DNA from: an uncultured delta proteobacterium
GTDB lineage: Bacteria; Desulfobacterota; Binatia; UBA9968
NCBI GenBank assembly: GCA_963727625.1
Contig: CAVSHR010000005.1
Location: 1,051,951-1,115,950, forward strand
Length of the DNA: 64,000 bases
Direction of reading: 5' to 3'
The notes beneath the pieces were generated by a model. It did not search any database, was not told the origin of the DNA, and saw only the letters and a list, made by a program, of their open reading frames with translations. How positions within the stretch are numbered: position 1 is the first letter of the stretch; every line of letters begins with the position of its first letter. Both the position numbers and the translations under genes were made by a program. Positions 47,788 to 59,377 of this stretch are shown here, piece by piece.

Positions 47788-49349
47788 GGCTTTGCCTTTG
47801 TGTCCTTCGACGGCGCTACCGCCGTTGTGCTCTTTGGGATTTCTTTGGCAACTTCTTTGGGCTTTTCGATATTCGTCTTCAACGAAAATGTTTCACGATT
47901 GTCACGGCCGCGGTTCGACGGCGCATTGAAACCAACGTTTTCGAAAACCGGGGACCGTTCCAACAACGGAATCAAAGCGGACGCGTTCTCGGCGTTGCCC
48001 TGAATTTCCAAAAGCCCGGAGCGGTAGCGCAGGTTCGACAGATAGGCGCTGTTCGGAATGATTTTGGTAAGCTCATCGAGAATCCGCAAAACTTCGCCGC
48101 GGCGCTGTTCAAGGCCGTTGAAAAAACTGAGTTCTTTGCGCAGCCGATCGTGCTGCTCCTCCTCGCGGCGCAAAGCCTCGATTGCCGGCGCGAACTTCCT
48201 ATTCTCCTGCTGGAGCTCACGCAGACGCAATTCATCTTTAATCGGAAAACTCACTCCCCAGGCAACCACGGAAATCACCAGGAGTGCCAAGAGGACGGTG
48301 TTGAGTACCGATAGATGGTTGATCCCCTTTGCGTCACTGGCCTCATGGCGCAAAAAATTCACTCGCAAAAACCCTTCGCGCACGCCATGCAAGGCGGCAC
48401 CAATCGCAGGAATCTCGTCGGCTTCGCTGCCAGTCTTGAGACCTGCCAGCCGTGGATTAACTCGCGCAGTTACGTCCTCCGCCTGTGCGATTTTACCGCC
48501 GGCGGCGCCGTTAAGCGCTGTAATATCGCCGCAGTGAAAGAGCTTGGGCACCTCCCTCAAGCACTTTTGCAACAGCTCCTGTCCAGCGTTCTGTGCCCAC
48601 GCCGCAGTAGGGAGTCGGTGACTAAAGAGCAATTCAGCCGTCGAAGCCCAGCCACTGCCCTTGGCCTCGACGCCGACCAATTCCCAATGGTTTGGGTGCC
48701 CGGTGATCACCGCGGCGCTCTTGGCTTTGGCTTCATCGGCGAAGAGCACATAATTCGCGAGCGCGGTCACGGTGGTCTCGACGCCGCTCGGTTTGATGCC
48801 CAGAGACTCCAGTGTCGTCAGCAGAGTATCTAAAATTTTTTTTGGAATAGCAAAAACATAAACGCTGAGCTTTTCACCCTTTATTTCGCCGGGCAGATAG
48901 TCGTAATAAATCTCATCGCGCTTGAACGGTAACTGCCGTTCAATTTCGTAATCCAGCACGTATTGCAGATTGTCCTGCGCCGCCACCGGCAGAAACACTT
49001 GCTGCACAATCGCTTGCTCCTGAGGCAAGCAAATATAGACTTGGTCCCGCGCGGCATTGATATGCGGCAGCAAGGAAACGATGGCTTGCCTTAGCGCGCG
49101 CTCGCGGGTATCGCTTTCAGCTCGGAGCGCGATTTCTCGGACATCGTCGATGACCCACCCGGTAAGCTCAGAGATCGCTTGACGACTGTCGCCCGCACCA
49201 AACCCGCGCTGCTCTTGATCGAGCATGGACAGGGTGAGAAAACTCTTGCGCAGACGAACCATAAACAGCCGGTCGCTCGCGACGTAGAGCCCGACGCTGG
49301 TGAGAAAATCCGCCCGTGAAAGGTCCTTTAATTGACGCAGCCCGATCAT
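47784..49349 (-). CDS. gspL: GspL-like (PilM-PilN fusion type) T2SS protein
   Basis: Actin-like cytoplasmic part (YEIERQLPF..YYDY), TM, coiled coil and PilN domain (LEIQGNA..ASALIPLLE.SP.F). Confidence 0.75.
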   Translation of the reverse strand: MIGLRQLKDLSRADFLTSVGLYVASDRLFMVRLRKSFLTLSMLDQEQRGFGAGDSRQAISELTGWVIDDVREIALRAESDTRERALRQAIVSLLPHINAARDQVYICLPQEQAIVQQVFLPVAAQDNLQYVLDYEIERQLPFKRDEIYYDYLPGEIKGEKLSVYVFAIPKKILDTLLTTLESLGIKPSGVETTVTALANYVLFADEAKAKSAAVITGHPNHWELVGVEAKGSGWASTAELLFSHRLPTAAWAQNAGQELLQKCLREVPKLFHCGDITALNGAAGGKIAQAEDVTARVNPRLAGLKTGSEADEIPAIGAALHGVREGFLRVNFLRHEASDAKGINHLSVLNTVLLALLVISVVAWGVSFPIKDELRLRELQQENRKFAPAIEALRREEEQHDRLRKELSFFNGLEQRRGEVLRILDELTKIIPNSAYLSNLRYRSGLLEIQGNAENASALIPLLERSPVFENVGFNAPSNRGRDNRETFSLKTNIEKPKEVAKEIPKSTTAVAPSKDTKAKP

Positions 49350-49416
49350 GATATTAGCACTTGCGATGTCATATCAGTTCCTCAGTCTTTGTCTGCAAGT
49401 CATTGTAGCTCAAGAT

Positions 49417-50433
49417 TCAACTATCGGGTAGCGCTGGTTCGCGGTCCGACCAGCGCAGCAGTTCGAAGCCCTGGCCGCCGCCGAGCCGGACGATGCCCTT
49501 CACCCGGCGCGCCATGGGGGAATTGGCCGCTCGCCCTTCCGCCACCACCGCGACCACCGACGGATGGGTGAAGATGAACATCTGCAGCGCCGGGTCGCCA
49601 GAGCCGATACCGAGCAGAGGCAGAAGGTCGGTCAAGGTTTTCTCCGAGAGCTTGCGGCGTTCCTCGACGAAGGTGCGAGATTTCTCGAGAGAAATGCCCA
49701 TCAGTGCGTGGAGGACTTCGGCCGACGCCGTGCGTAGATTTACCCGATCGATGGGACTATCAACGGTGAAAATGTCCCGCAGCGCAATTCTCCCGGATGG
49801 CTGAGCTGCTGGATCGGCCGGCTCAGGGGCACCAAAAAAAAGCTCGTTGGTCATGCCTCGGATCCAAAGCAAATCTTCGACGGTATCGAGCGGACCGTTC
49901 TTAGCAGTGTAAGCTGGGCTGAGGCTGGCATAGTAATCGTTCTCCGCGCCGTTGGCACGGTGCAAGTCGTCGGCATCGCGCCAATCCATGATCGAGTCCA
50001 CCAGGATATCCCGACGGGCATCGTCGATGCCGAGATTGGTAAACACCCGCCGCAGCGTTTCCTCACTGACCCGGTTAATATTGATTCTGCCGCTTTCGTC
50101 GACGAGCCGGACGCGGAATCTGCCGTCGCCGAGTTCTTGCTCGCGCCAGCGGCCGTCGAATAGATCGGCTTTCTGCGGCTCTTTTTGGGCCAAAGGCGCG
50201 TTTCTTTGTTGATTGAGAAAATCATACAGACCGCGCTCGAAGCCGGCCACTGCGAGATAATAGCCTTGGGTCTCGTCGTCAAAGCGCAGCGCGGCGGCGG
50301 CTTCCTCGCGCATCGCGGCGCTGAATTCGAAAGCCACCGCGGATAGGAAAATAAAAATCCACAGCACGAGGATCAGAGCCACGCCGCGCTCGCCGCTGAG
50401 CTTCGACTGATAAGAATGCGATTTAAATTTCAT
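49417..50433 (-). CDS. gspK: Minor pseudopilin GspK
   Basis: ERG|VALILVLW, DESGRININ, DWRDADD, GAENDYY and VNLRTAS. ATG at 50433 overlaps the gspJ stop. Confidence 0.9.
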   Translation of the reverse strand: MKFKSHSYQSKLSGERGVALILVLWIFIFLSAVAFEFSAAMREEAAAALRFDDETQGYYLAVAGFERGLYDFLNQQRNAPLAQKEPQKADLFDGRWREQELGDGRFRVRLVDESGRININRVSEETLRRVFTNLGIDDARRDILVDSIMDWRDADDLHRANGAENDYYASLSPAYTAKNGPLDTVEDLLWIRGMTNELFFGAPEPADPAAQPSGRIALRDIFTVDSPIDRVNLRTASAEVLHALMGISLEKSRTFVEERRKLSEKTLTDLLPLLGIGSGDPALQMFIFTHPSVVAVVAEGRAANSPMARRVKGIVRLGGGQGFELLRWSDREPALPDS

Positions 50434-51116
50434 GGCGCGAGCACCATCATCATCACGGGATAAATCCAGCGCACCTCCCGGCCGTTTTGGTCCCGATAGG
50501 TTAAGCGCACCGCGCGCGGCAACATGCGCCGCTCCTGGCCATCCCAAAGCTCTTCCCAGGTTTCATCCTCGGCTTGCGGATCCAGATACTCCAAGCGAAA
50601 GTCTTTGATGCCCTCCCGCAGCACCAAGGATTGACTCTGCCCGGCACTGTCCTGATCGCCGTTTAGGCGCACCGGAGTGGTCTCTTCGAGGCTGAGCGCC
50701 GCCTGGCCGTCGTCGGCTTCCGCGGCGCGGATCTGAATTTTCGCCATGCCGCGCCCGCCCAGCGCATGGGAATATGCCGAGACAAAAGCCAAACTATCGC
50801 TCGCGCCGTCGAAAAAAATCGCCTGATTTTGCGGCGTGGGGCGGTACGGATAAGCGGAACGAAGATAACTGCCGAGCAGGTCGACGGTGGAGCGCTGCTT
50901 CTGGTTGCGTTGGGCGCTCGTTTGCGCCTTTGCCACGGCGCGCTGGCTCAATGAGAGCGCTCCGTAAACGATGCCGGCCAGCAGCGCAAAGATCGTCAGC
51001 GCCAGAATCACTTCGATGAGCGTAAAGCCGCCCGAGCCGCCATCCCGGCGCGCAGCGCTGTGAATCACGCCGAGCCCAAGGCGGCGGTGCCGCGTCGAAA
51101 TGACTTCAACGTTCAT
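50430..51116 (-). CDS. gspJ: Minor pseudopilin GspJ
   Basis: GFTLIEVILAL prepilin motif and C-terminal LPRAVRL. Confidence 0.85.
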   Translation of the reverse strand: MNVEVISTRHRRLGLGVIHSAARRDGGSGGFTLIEVILALTIFALLAGIVYGALSLSQRAVAKAQTSAQRNQKQRSTVDLLGSYLRSAYPYRPTPQNQAIFFDGASDSLAFVSAYSHALGGRGMAKIQIRAAEADDGQAALSLEETTPVRLNGDQDSAGQSQSLVLREGIKDFRLEYLDPQAEDETWEELWDGQERRMLPRAVRLTYRDQNGREVRWIYPVMMMVLAP

Positions 51117-51526
51117 CGGTTCGCCTTCTTGGCCAGACGAAGGGTCTTTAGCTCGATCTGCCGTTCGCGCTCGCCATCGGTTACCATCAACTCTAAAGCC
51201 ACTTCCTTGAGCTCCCAGCTGCTCGATAGGTCAAGCGCCGGCTCGTTGTCCCGCGTCGTTCGAATCTGTGCGTTCCAGCGCCCGTCATCGCCGACCCTGC
51301 CGCTGTCGGAACCGTCGGTGAGTTTCTTGCGGGCCAGCAGCTCGTCCATCACCCGGGCGCCGCGGGCGACCGCCTCGGTGCGTACCGTGCTGCGCGTTTC
51401 GAGACGCAAGCCTTGAGAAAAAATTTGCAGCAGGATCACCACACCGAGGCCAACGATGGTCATGGCGACCACCACCTCGATCAAGGTAAATCCGTTGGCC
51501 GATTTGCGGCAAGCGGTAAAATTCAC
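51113..51526 (-). CDS. gspI: Minor pseudopilin GspI
   Basis: GFTLIEVVVAM prepilin motif; gene order. Confidence 0.82.
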   Translation of the reverse strand: MNFTACRKSANGFTLIEVVVAMTIVGLGVVILLQIFSQGLRLETRSTVRTEAVARGARVMDELLARKKLTDGSDSGRVGDDGRWNAQIRTTRDNEPALDLSSSWELKEVALELMVTDGERERQIELKTLRLAKKANR

Positions 51527-51990
51527 GGGTTATCGCCGTGCGCGACCGCGACTCTGCCGGTCAGCGCTTCCAGACGGATGAGATAGGAAATCGATTTTGC
51601 GCTATCGGCGAGCACAATGGTGCCGCCCATGCTGCTGCCATTGGGGAAAAAGTAGAAGCGTTTGTGGTCGCGGTCCAGATCCTCGCCGCCGTCGACCGAA
51701 GCAAACTTGACTTCGACCGGCAAACGAACTTCGACGGATGGCGCCGCTCGATAGCTATTCTCGGGCAAATTGAGGACGAGTTGTTGCGGAACCCCGTCGA
51801 GCAAGGCGCGGCTGCGTAAATCGCGCGCCGTAGCAGCCAAACCGAGAGCGGCACCGCGCACCTCGCGATCCTGCATGCCTTTTTCGATATTGGGCAGAAC
51901 GATGGCCATGCTGACCCCGAGCAGCAGCAGCACCAAAATGAGCTCGAACAGCGAGAAGCCCCGGCTATCGCTCCCAGCTGGTGATATCAC
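51523..51990 (-). CDS. gspH: Minor pseudopilin GspH
   Basis: GFSLFELILV and FFPNGSSMGG; probable GTG start at 51990. Confidence 0.82.
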   Translation of the reverse strand: MISPAGSDSRGFSLFELILVLLLLGVSMAIVLPNIEKGMQDREVRGAALGLAATARDLRSRALLDGVPQQLVLNLPENSYRAAPSVEVRLPVEVKFASVDGGEDLDRDHKRFYFFPNGSSMGGTIVLADSAKSISYLIRLEALTGRVAVAHGDNP

Positions 51991-52402
51991 GGTTAACGTC
52001 GTCGCCTCCGGGAGCCCCGTCGGCGCCATAGGAAAGGATATCGTAGGGGCCATGGTCGCCCGGACTTTTGTAAACATACGGCTTGCCCCACGGGTCAGGC
52101 GGCACGTCCTTCTTCAAGTAAGGCCCATCCCAACGATCGACCCCGCTGGGTTTCTGGTTGAGCGCCTCTAAACCTTCCTGCGTGGTCGGATAGCGTCCGA
52201 CGTCGAGCCGGAAAGTATCGAGCGCGGTGCCGAAACTTTCGACTTGAGCTTTCGCCGCTTTCGCCGTGGCCTTCTCGCCTTGTCTGATATATTGCGGCAG
52301 CACCAGTCCCGCGAGCAACACGATAATGGTGGCCACGATGATCAGCTCGATGAGCGTGAACCCCGTCGAATTACCTAGGATTTTTTTAAAAGGGTAAGTC
52401 AT
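51965..52402 (-). CDS. gspG: Major pseudopilin GspG
   Basis: GFTLIELII, FRLDVGRYPTTQEGL, WDGPYL, DPWG and SYGADG. Confidence 0.95.
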   Translation of the reverse strand: MTYPFKKILGNSTGFTLIELIIVATIIVLLAGLVLPQYIRQGEKATAKAAKAQVESFGTALDTFRLDVGRYPTTQEGLEALNQKPSGVDRWDGPYLKKDVPPDPWGKPYVYKSPGDHGPYDILSYGADGAPGGDDVNRDITSWER

Positions 52403-53609
52403 TGATGCTAAATATCGCCAGCAACATCGAGATCACCACGGTGCCGATGATCAACCCCATGGTCAGAATCAAAGCCGGCTCCAGTAGCGCGGTTAATCTC
52501 TTGGTGGTGCGCTTGACCTCTTGGTCGTAATAGCCCGCGACTTCGGCGAGCATGGCTTCTAGTTTACCGGTTTCCTCTCCGACCGCAATCATATTGAGCG
52601 CCAGCGGCGGGAACAATCCGCTCTCGCTCAGCGGCCGCGCCATACCCCGGCCTTCCCGCACGCGCAGCTGAACTTGACCGACGGCGCGGGCGAGCAAGCG
52701 GTTGCCGACGACGCCCTGAACCGTCACCAAGGCTTCGAGCATGGGCACACCTCCTTTCAGCAAAGCTGATAAGGTTCTGGAAAAACGCGCGGTTTCGAAC
52801 TTCCGCACCAGGTCGCCAAACAACCAGCCGCGCACGCAGAAACGATCCCACTCGTTGCGCCCCTCGGGACTCCTGACATAAACCACCACGCCGATAACCG
52901 CGAGGCCAAGCGCCAGCAAGATAATCCAGCCGTACTGTGTGAGTACCTGGCTAAAATTAATGACAATTTTGGTGATCAACGGCAGAGCTTTGTTGTTATC
53001 GCGAAAAATCATAGAGAACTTCGGGATCACGAAGAGAAACAAGACGATCAAAGAAACTCCCGCGGCACTGGCGAGTATGATCGGATAAATCAGCGCGGAT
53101 TTGATCTCCTCTTTGAGCGCCAGGGTGCTTTCCAAGTACTCGGTCAAATAGCGCAGCACGCTTTCCAGAATTCCGCCCGCTTCGCCGGCGCGGATCATAT
53201 TGACATAGATTTTGGGAAACACCTCGGGATGCTCGCCCATGGCGACCGCCAGCGACTTACCGGCGCGCACCGCTTCGACCAACGTACGCAATATCTTGCT
53301 CAGCTCACTGTCCTCGACCATCCCGCCGAGAATCGACAGGCTGCGATCGAGCGGCAAGCCGGCCGCCAACAGCGCGCCGAGCTCGCGGGTAAACTGCAAG
53401 AGTTGTTGCGGATTGACCTTGCGCTTGGAAAACAACGCGAGCTGTTGGCGCGGCGCGCCGATGGCCCGCGCGCTGGGCAGGGCGATGCGCAGCGGCACGC
53501 AACCCATTTCGTGCAAGCGCAACACCACGCTTTGCTCGGCATCCGCTTCCATCACGCCCTCGATAACTTTTCCCGCTTGATCCGCGGCGCGATATTGGAA
53601 AAAGGCCAT
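52386..53609 (-). CDS. gspF: T2SS inner-membrane platform GspF
   Basis: AGEAGG, SALIYP, VGEETGKL and LLEP. Confidence 0.93.
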   Translation of the reverse strand: MAFFQYRAADQAGKVIEGVMEADAEQSVVLRLHEMGCVPLRIALPSARAIGAPRQQLALFSKRKVNPQQLLQFTRELGALLAAGLPLDRSLSILGGMVEDSELSKILRTLVEAVRAGKSLAVAMGEHPEVFPKIYVNMIRAGEAGGILESVLRYLTEYLESTLALKEEIKSALIYPIILASAAGVSLIVLFLFVIPKFSMIFRDNNKALPLITKIVINFSQVLTQYGWIILLALGLAVIGVVVYVRSPEGRNEWDRFCVRGWLFGDLVRKFETARFSRTLSALLKGGVPMLEALVTVQGVVGNRLLARAVGQVQLRVREGRGMARPLSESGLFPPLALNMIAVGEETGKLEAMLAEVAGYYDQEVKRTTKRLTALLEPALILTMGLIIGTVVISMLLAIFSINDLPF

Positions 53610-53620
53610 CTGTAAGTCTA

Positions 53621-53725
53621 TTTTGGCTTTTGGATTTTAGATTTTCGATTTACCGGAGTGCATCTCAGAAATAATCCTACTATCTCGGTCTGACAATCCA
53701 AATTGGGAAATCCAAAATCTAAAAT
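53621..53725. repeat. Heptamer-periodic inverted repeat (TTTTGGA ... TCCAAAA type)
   Basis: ttttggc/ttttgga/ttttaga/ttttcga faces aatccaa/attggga/aatccaa/aatctaa in the gspE-gspF spacer. Confidence 0.75.
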
Positions 53726-53728
53726 ATT

Positions 53729-55429
53729 TTAGGTCTCTTCGCTGGTAACCCGTAAGACCTCGGCCAGTGTGGTGGTGCCGCGGCGAACCTTGTCCCAGCC
53801 GTCTTCCCTGAGCAGACGCATGCCCTGCTGCACAGCCAGGCTGCGGATCGCGCCGGCATCGGCGCGCTGAACGATCACTTTGCAGATTTCGGAGGTCACC
53901 GGTAAAAATTCGAAAATACCGACGCGACCCAAGTAACCTGTACCGTTACAAGCGTCGCAACCGACCGCCTCCCAGACTGTGCGCAGCGAATTGCTTTCAT
54001 AAATTTCCAACTCCGCAGTTAGGCCATCCGAACCGGAAAACGGTACATCTCTACGGCAGCTCGGACAGAGCTGGCGCACCAGCCGCTGGGCCAACACGCC
54101 CAAGAGCGACGACGAGAGCAGATAATCTTGCACGCCCATTTCGAGTAAACGGGAGATCGCGCCGGCAGCGTCGTTGGTGTGCAAAGTCGAAAATACCAGG
54201 TGGCCGGTGAGCGCCGCCTGAACTGCGATCTCGGCGGTCTCGGCGTCGCGGATCTCGCCGACCATGATCACGTCAGGGTCTTGGCGCACGATCGAGCGCA
54301 GTCCGTTGGCGAAGGTCAAACCGATCTGCGGTTTGACGTGAATCTGATTGACGCCGTTCAATTGGTATTCCACCGGATCTTCGATCGTAATAATCTTTTT
54401 GCCCGGATCGTTGATTTTTTGCAGCGCGCCGTAAAGCGTGGTGGTTTTGCCGCTGCCGGTGGGCCCCGTGACCAGGATCATGCCATGGGGCTTCAAAATC
54501 ATTTCATTGAACTGAGCGAGCAACGCCGCCGGGAATCCCAGGGTTTCTAGCTGAGTGAAGATTTGGCCGCGCTCCAAAAGCCGGATCACCACGCTCTCGC
54601 CGTAGAGAGTCGGGACGGTGGCAATGCGCAGATCGACGTCTTTACCGGCCAGCCGCGTTTTGATCCGGCCATCCTGCGGCAGGCGGCGCTCGGCGATATT
54701 GAGCTGGGCGAGAATTTTTAGACGGGAAATGACCGCGGCTTTGAGCTGGCGCGGCGGCGATTCCACCTCATGGAGGATGCCGTCGATGCGGTAGCGCACC
54801 TTGAGCTGATTCTCGAACGGCTCGATATGCACGTCCGAGGCACGGCTTTCGAGCGCCCGCACGAGCATCTGGTTAACTAAACGAATGACCGGCACCTCAG
54901 ACGCCATATCCCGCAAGTGAGCAACATCTTCGTCGTCGCCGATTCCTTCAATCTCTTGTGCCTCGGCTTGTTGCGCCTCGTCCGCTGTGTAACCACTGGC
55001 AAAGAGCGCTTCGATGCGAGCGGCAATTTCCTTTTCCCGTGCCAGCACAGGCCGAATGCGCATACCGACAGCGACCTCCAATGCATGCAAACGCGAGACA
55101 TCGAGCGGATCGGTGGTCGCGACCAATAGCTCGGCCCCTTCAATCGTCAAAGGGACCAAGTGGGCAAGCTTAAAAAAGTCCCCGATGCCGGGGGGAAATT
55201 CGATCGGAAGTGGAGAATTCGGAACGTCTTTAAGCGCCATCACAGGAATATCAAAGTGATCCCGCAAAACCGGCAGCAAATCCTCTTCGGATAAGAATCC
55301 CAACTCAACGATGAGGCGAGTCAGAGGAGCCTGCTGCTCGGTCTGCAACTTGATGATCCGATCGAGCTCGTCGCTGGAGAGGAGACCGCGCTCGACCAAT
55401 CGCTCGGAAAGACTCAACGGTGCGTCCAT
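53729..55429 (-). CDS. gspE: T2SS ATPase GspE
   Basis: ASDVHIEP, GPTGSGKTTT, RQDPDVIMVGEIRD, TGHLVFSTLHTN and two CxxC motifs. Confidence 0.95.
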   Translation of the reverse strand: MDAPLSLSERLVERGLLSSDELDRIIKLQTEQQAPLTRLIVELGFLSEEDLLPVLRDHFDIPVMALKDVPNSPLPIEFPPGIGDFFKLAHLVPLTIEGAELLVATTDPLDVSRLHALEVAVGMRIRPVLAREKEIAARIEALFASGYTADEAQQAEAQEIEGIGDDEDVAHLRDMASEVPVIRLVNQMLVRALESRASDVHIEPFENQLKVRYRIDGILHEVESPPRQLKAAVISRLKILAQLNIAERRLPQDGRIKTRLAGKDVDLRIATVPTLYGESVVIRLLERGQIFTQLETLGFPAALLAQFNEMILKPHGMILVTGPTGSGKTTTLYGALQKINDPGKKIITIEDPVEYQLNGVNQIHVKPQIGLTFANGLRSIVRQDPDVIMVGEIRDAETAEIAVQAALTGHLVFSTLHTNDAAGAISRLLEMGVQDYLLSSSLLGVLAQRLVRQLCPSCRRDVPFSGSDGLTAELEIYESNSLRTVWEAVGCDACNGTGYLGRVGIFEFLPVTSEICKVIVQRADAGAIRSLAVQQGMRLLREDGWDKVRRGTTTLAEVLRVTSEET

Positions 55430-55443
55430 GGGTTTTTATTTCG

Positions 55444-55824
55444 TTATTTTTCTGGTTTAGACCCCGCCCGGCCGTAGCGGTCCTCTAATCGAACCACGTC
55501 GTCGAGCTCCGGAGTCGACACTTCCAGAACGTCGCAATTCTCCAATGCGATCATGCGATGCTTCATGCCCGGAATGATGTGCAGACCATCTCCCGGCAAA
55601 AGCTCAAGCTTATGCCGCTCGCCCTCGATCTCGATGTCCATGGCCAGAAGCCCCGACAGCAGGCGAACCGTTTCGTCCTTCACCACATGGTACTGGTAGC
55701 TCAAGGACTCGCCTTTATTGATATGCAAAACCTTGCCGACATAACGGTCGGTATGGGCCCAAATAAGCTCGTACCCCCAGGGTTTCTCGACTCTTCTGTC
55801 CCTCGTGATTAAGTCTACCGCCAT
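55444..55824 (-). CDS. Cupin (mannose-6-phosphate isomerase type II C-terminal-like)
   Basis: VEKPWG, LSYQYH..KDE, HRM and EVSTPELDDVVRLEDRYGR; ATG at 55824. Confidence 0.85.
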   Translation of the reverse strand: MAVDLITRDRRVEKPWGYELIWAHTDRYVGKVLHINKGESLSYQYHVVKDETVRLLSGLLAMDIEIEGERHKLELLPGDGLHIIPGMKHRMIALENCDVLEVSTPELDDVVRLEDRYGRAGSKPEK

Positions 55825-55877
55825 AGCGATGCCTATGATAACAAATTCCCATCGGACAGGGAATCGCCGCGGCAGGT

Positions 55878-56045
55878 AGCAGCCCGGAGCGGTTCCCGGT
55901 CTCCCGTCTCCGGTCAATCAGAGCAAAGAGCATGGCGCAGAGAGCAGCCGGCAGGAGAGGGCAAGGGGCGTGGGACAAAGAGCAGGGAGCAGCTGGCAGC
56001 TTGCAGCAGGCAACCTGAAAAACCCTCTGCGCCTCTGCGGTGAAT
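55878..56045. repeat. Heptamer tandem repeats plus a CTCTGCG-type half element
   Basis: ttcccgg/tctcccg/tctccgg; cagagca/aagagca/tggcgca/gagagca; gcaggga/gcagctg/gcagctt/gcagcag; ctctgcgcctctgcggtga. Confidence 0.65.
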
Positions 56046-56072
56046 GGTTTTTACGTTGGGTTGCAGAGGCGC

Positions 56073-57299
56073 CTAAAGCATCGCTTCGCCGGTGCGTTTG
56101 GCACAATACAGATGCGCCAGTGCAAAGAGAGTAAAAAAGTAAATGCGCGTTCCATGATGATAGAAAGGAATATCCCCAATACCCGTGACCATGGCGGCAA
56201 CCCACGAAGCGGCGAGGCCAAATCCCAACAGACGCTCCGCGCCTTCACGTGTAAGCGCGCATCGCCACAACTGCCACTGGGTTTGACCGATCAACCAGAG
56301 AAACGTCAAGAGACCGATGGCGCCGGTTTCCGCAAACAGCTCGACGTAAACGTTATGCGTGTGCAAAACCGGGGCGCCCTCAAGTAACGTCCCCTTCAAG
56401 TAGGACGGCAGCCATTCTTTTAAGCGGCCACGACCGTACCCCACCCCGAGTATGGGATGGTCAATGCCAAGCTGTAGCGCGCTTTTGAACCGCTGCAACC
56501 GCTCTTGCGTTGCCGGATCGTCTCCAGGACGGGTCACTGAGTCGAGGCGATCCCGCAACTCCGGAAAGACCAGCGCAGACGCGGCTGCGACCAAGATGAA
56601 CGCCGCAAGAAGTTTCAGTTTCTTTGACGCGACGGTCAGATAAACAATCGACGCGGCCGAGCCAAGCCACGCGCCCCGGGAAAAGGTCAGAACGAGCGCC
56701 AACATTTGACTCGCGCAGGATACCAATCCAAAACCGCGCCACCAACCCGTTCTTGCCGCCGCAACGACCACGCCCAGCGGCAGACTCATAGCTAAAAGAT
56801 AACCCGCTGTATTGGCATGATCCAACGGATCGGCAAAGCGCTCCGCGAGCGAGAAATCAAAAATAGCCGGATTATAAAGGAACCCGCGCAGCACGAGAAC
56901 GATCGGGAGTAACCCAAGCAGCGGAGGTAGCCAGCGTATTTTCGGCGCGGTCGAGAAAACATCGACGATCATCACCGCATGAGCACAACCGAAAAAGAAA
57001 TAGCGATAGTCCCCAGCCTGATGAAAATCCGGGAGAAGAGAGAAAGTGACCCCCATAAGAAACAGGTACAACGGCGCAAGTGACTTGAGTCGATTCAGTT
57101 CTATTCGTTCCCAACCGCCTTGGTAGAACAGTAGCATTTTCCAAAGGAGCCAAAAAAAGAACGTCGTCCGCGAAACGCTCCAGGCGCTCACGCTGCCGCC
57201 CGAACCAAAGAACTGCAGGCGGCCGACGCCGAGCAAGCCAATCGAAACGGCCAGGGCGGCGATCAAACCGCGTTGCCACCAGTCCAGAAGCTTATCCAT
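56073..57299 (-). CDS. O-antigen ligase family protein
   Basis: Polytopic membrane protein with HANT, TFSRGAWL, HPILGVGYG and HTHNVYVELFAETG. Confidence 0.88.
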   Translation of the reverse strand: MDKLLDWWQRGLIAALAVSIGLLGVGRLQFFGSGGSVSAWSVSRTTFFFWLLWKMLLFYQGGWERIELNRLKSLAPLYLFLMGVTFSLLPDFHQAGDYRYFFFGCAHAVMIVDVFSTAPKIRWLPPLLGLLPIVLVLRGFLYNPAIFDFSLAERFADPLDHANTAGYLLAMSLPLGVVVAAARTGWWRGFGLVSCASQMLALVLTFSRGAWLGSAASIVYLTVASKKLKLLAAFILVAAASALVFPELRDRLDSVTRPGDDPATQERLQRFKSALQLGIDHPILGVGYGRGRLKEWLPSYLKGTLLEGAPVLHTHNVYVELFAETGAIGLLTFLWLIGQTQWQLWRCALTREGAERLLGFGLAASWVAAMVTGIGDIPFYHHGTRIYFFTLFALAHLYCAKRTGEAML

Positions 57300-57316
57300 A
57301 TTCGGGGGTCATACGA

Positions 57317-57354
57317 GGGGAGACAGCCCCCTTCCGACAAGGGGACTGTCCCCT
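57317..57354. repeat. REP-like palindrome (GGGGACTGTCCCC type)
   Basis: ggggagacagcccc-ttccgacaa-ggggactgtcccc; the two halves can pair. Confidence 0.55.
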
Positions 57355-57385
57355 AAATTCTCCAGAAACGCTTTGACAGTATGAC

Positions 57386-58767
<1,382 letters not shown>

Positions 58768-58796
<29 letters not shown>

Positions 58797-59000
58797 CTTC
58801 TTGTTCGGCTAAATGGACTCGCCCATCGATCATAGCGTCAATAAAATCTTTTAGTTGAGATTTGAATTCGCCGCGGGAAAACCGCGACGCGCAACGGCGC
58901 AGCGCCGCGGCACCGAACGGATGCTTGAGCTTCTGGTTTCGATGAACAGCCTCGGTTAGAGTAGCCGGTGAACTTTTCATGAAGAAAATAACCGGAGGTT
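58768..59000 (-). pseudogene. Degenerate 3' remnant of a GT4 glycosyltransferase
   Basis: VIFFMKSSPATLTEAV...FGAAALRRCASRFSRGEFKSQLKDFIDA aligns with the C-terminus of 60447..61586 (GIYFHEATAESLIEAV...FEPAGVRQHASQFSRERFKTQIKEYLDA). Confidence 0.75.
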
Positions 59001-59377
59001 TATTCTTCCTACCGTTTGAAGCTTTTTTGGCATGGGCAAATTTTTTCGCCGCCCACAGCTCGCAAAGCAAGAAGATTTACTCGCGCCAGGGCGCCAACAA
59101 CGCCAAGTGACAGGCCAAGGCATGTCATCCCGAGCCAGTGCAAGGGATCTAAGCAAGCTTTCTCCCATTCAGTCGAGACGACATCTTTGCGGCCTTTGCG
59201 GTCGATTCGCCTTTGCGGCTTTCGGTGCTGTCGCGCTTGGGTATTTGTAACCTATTTAGGGCCTGCGCGGCAATATCAATTTGCGACGCGTCGGTCGCCA
59301 AACGGTTGCCGCGCCAGCCCGCCGCCGTACGCAGTCTTGCAAGGAATTGAAATCCTTTACCCCGCTAACAACGAATT

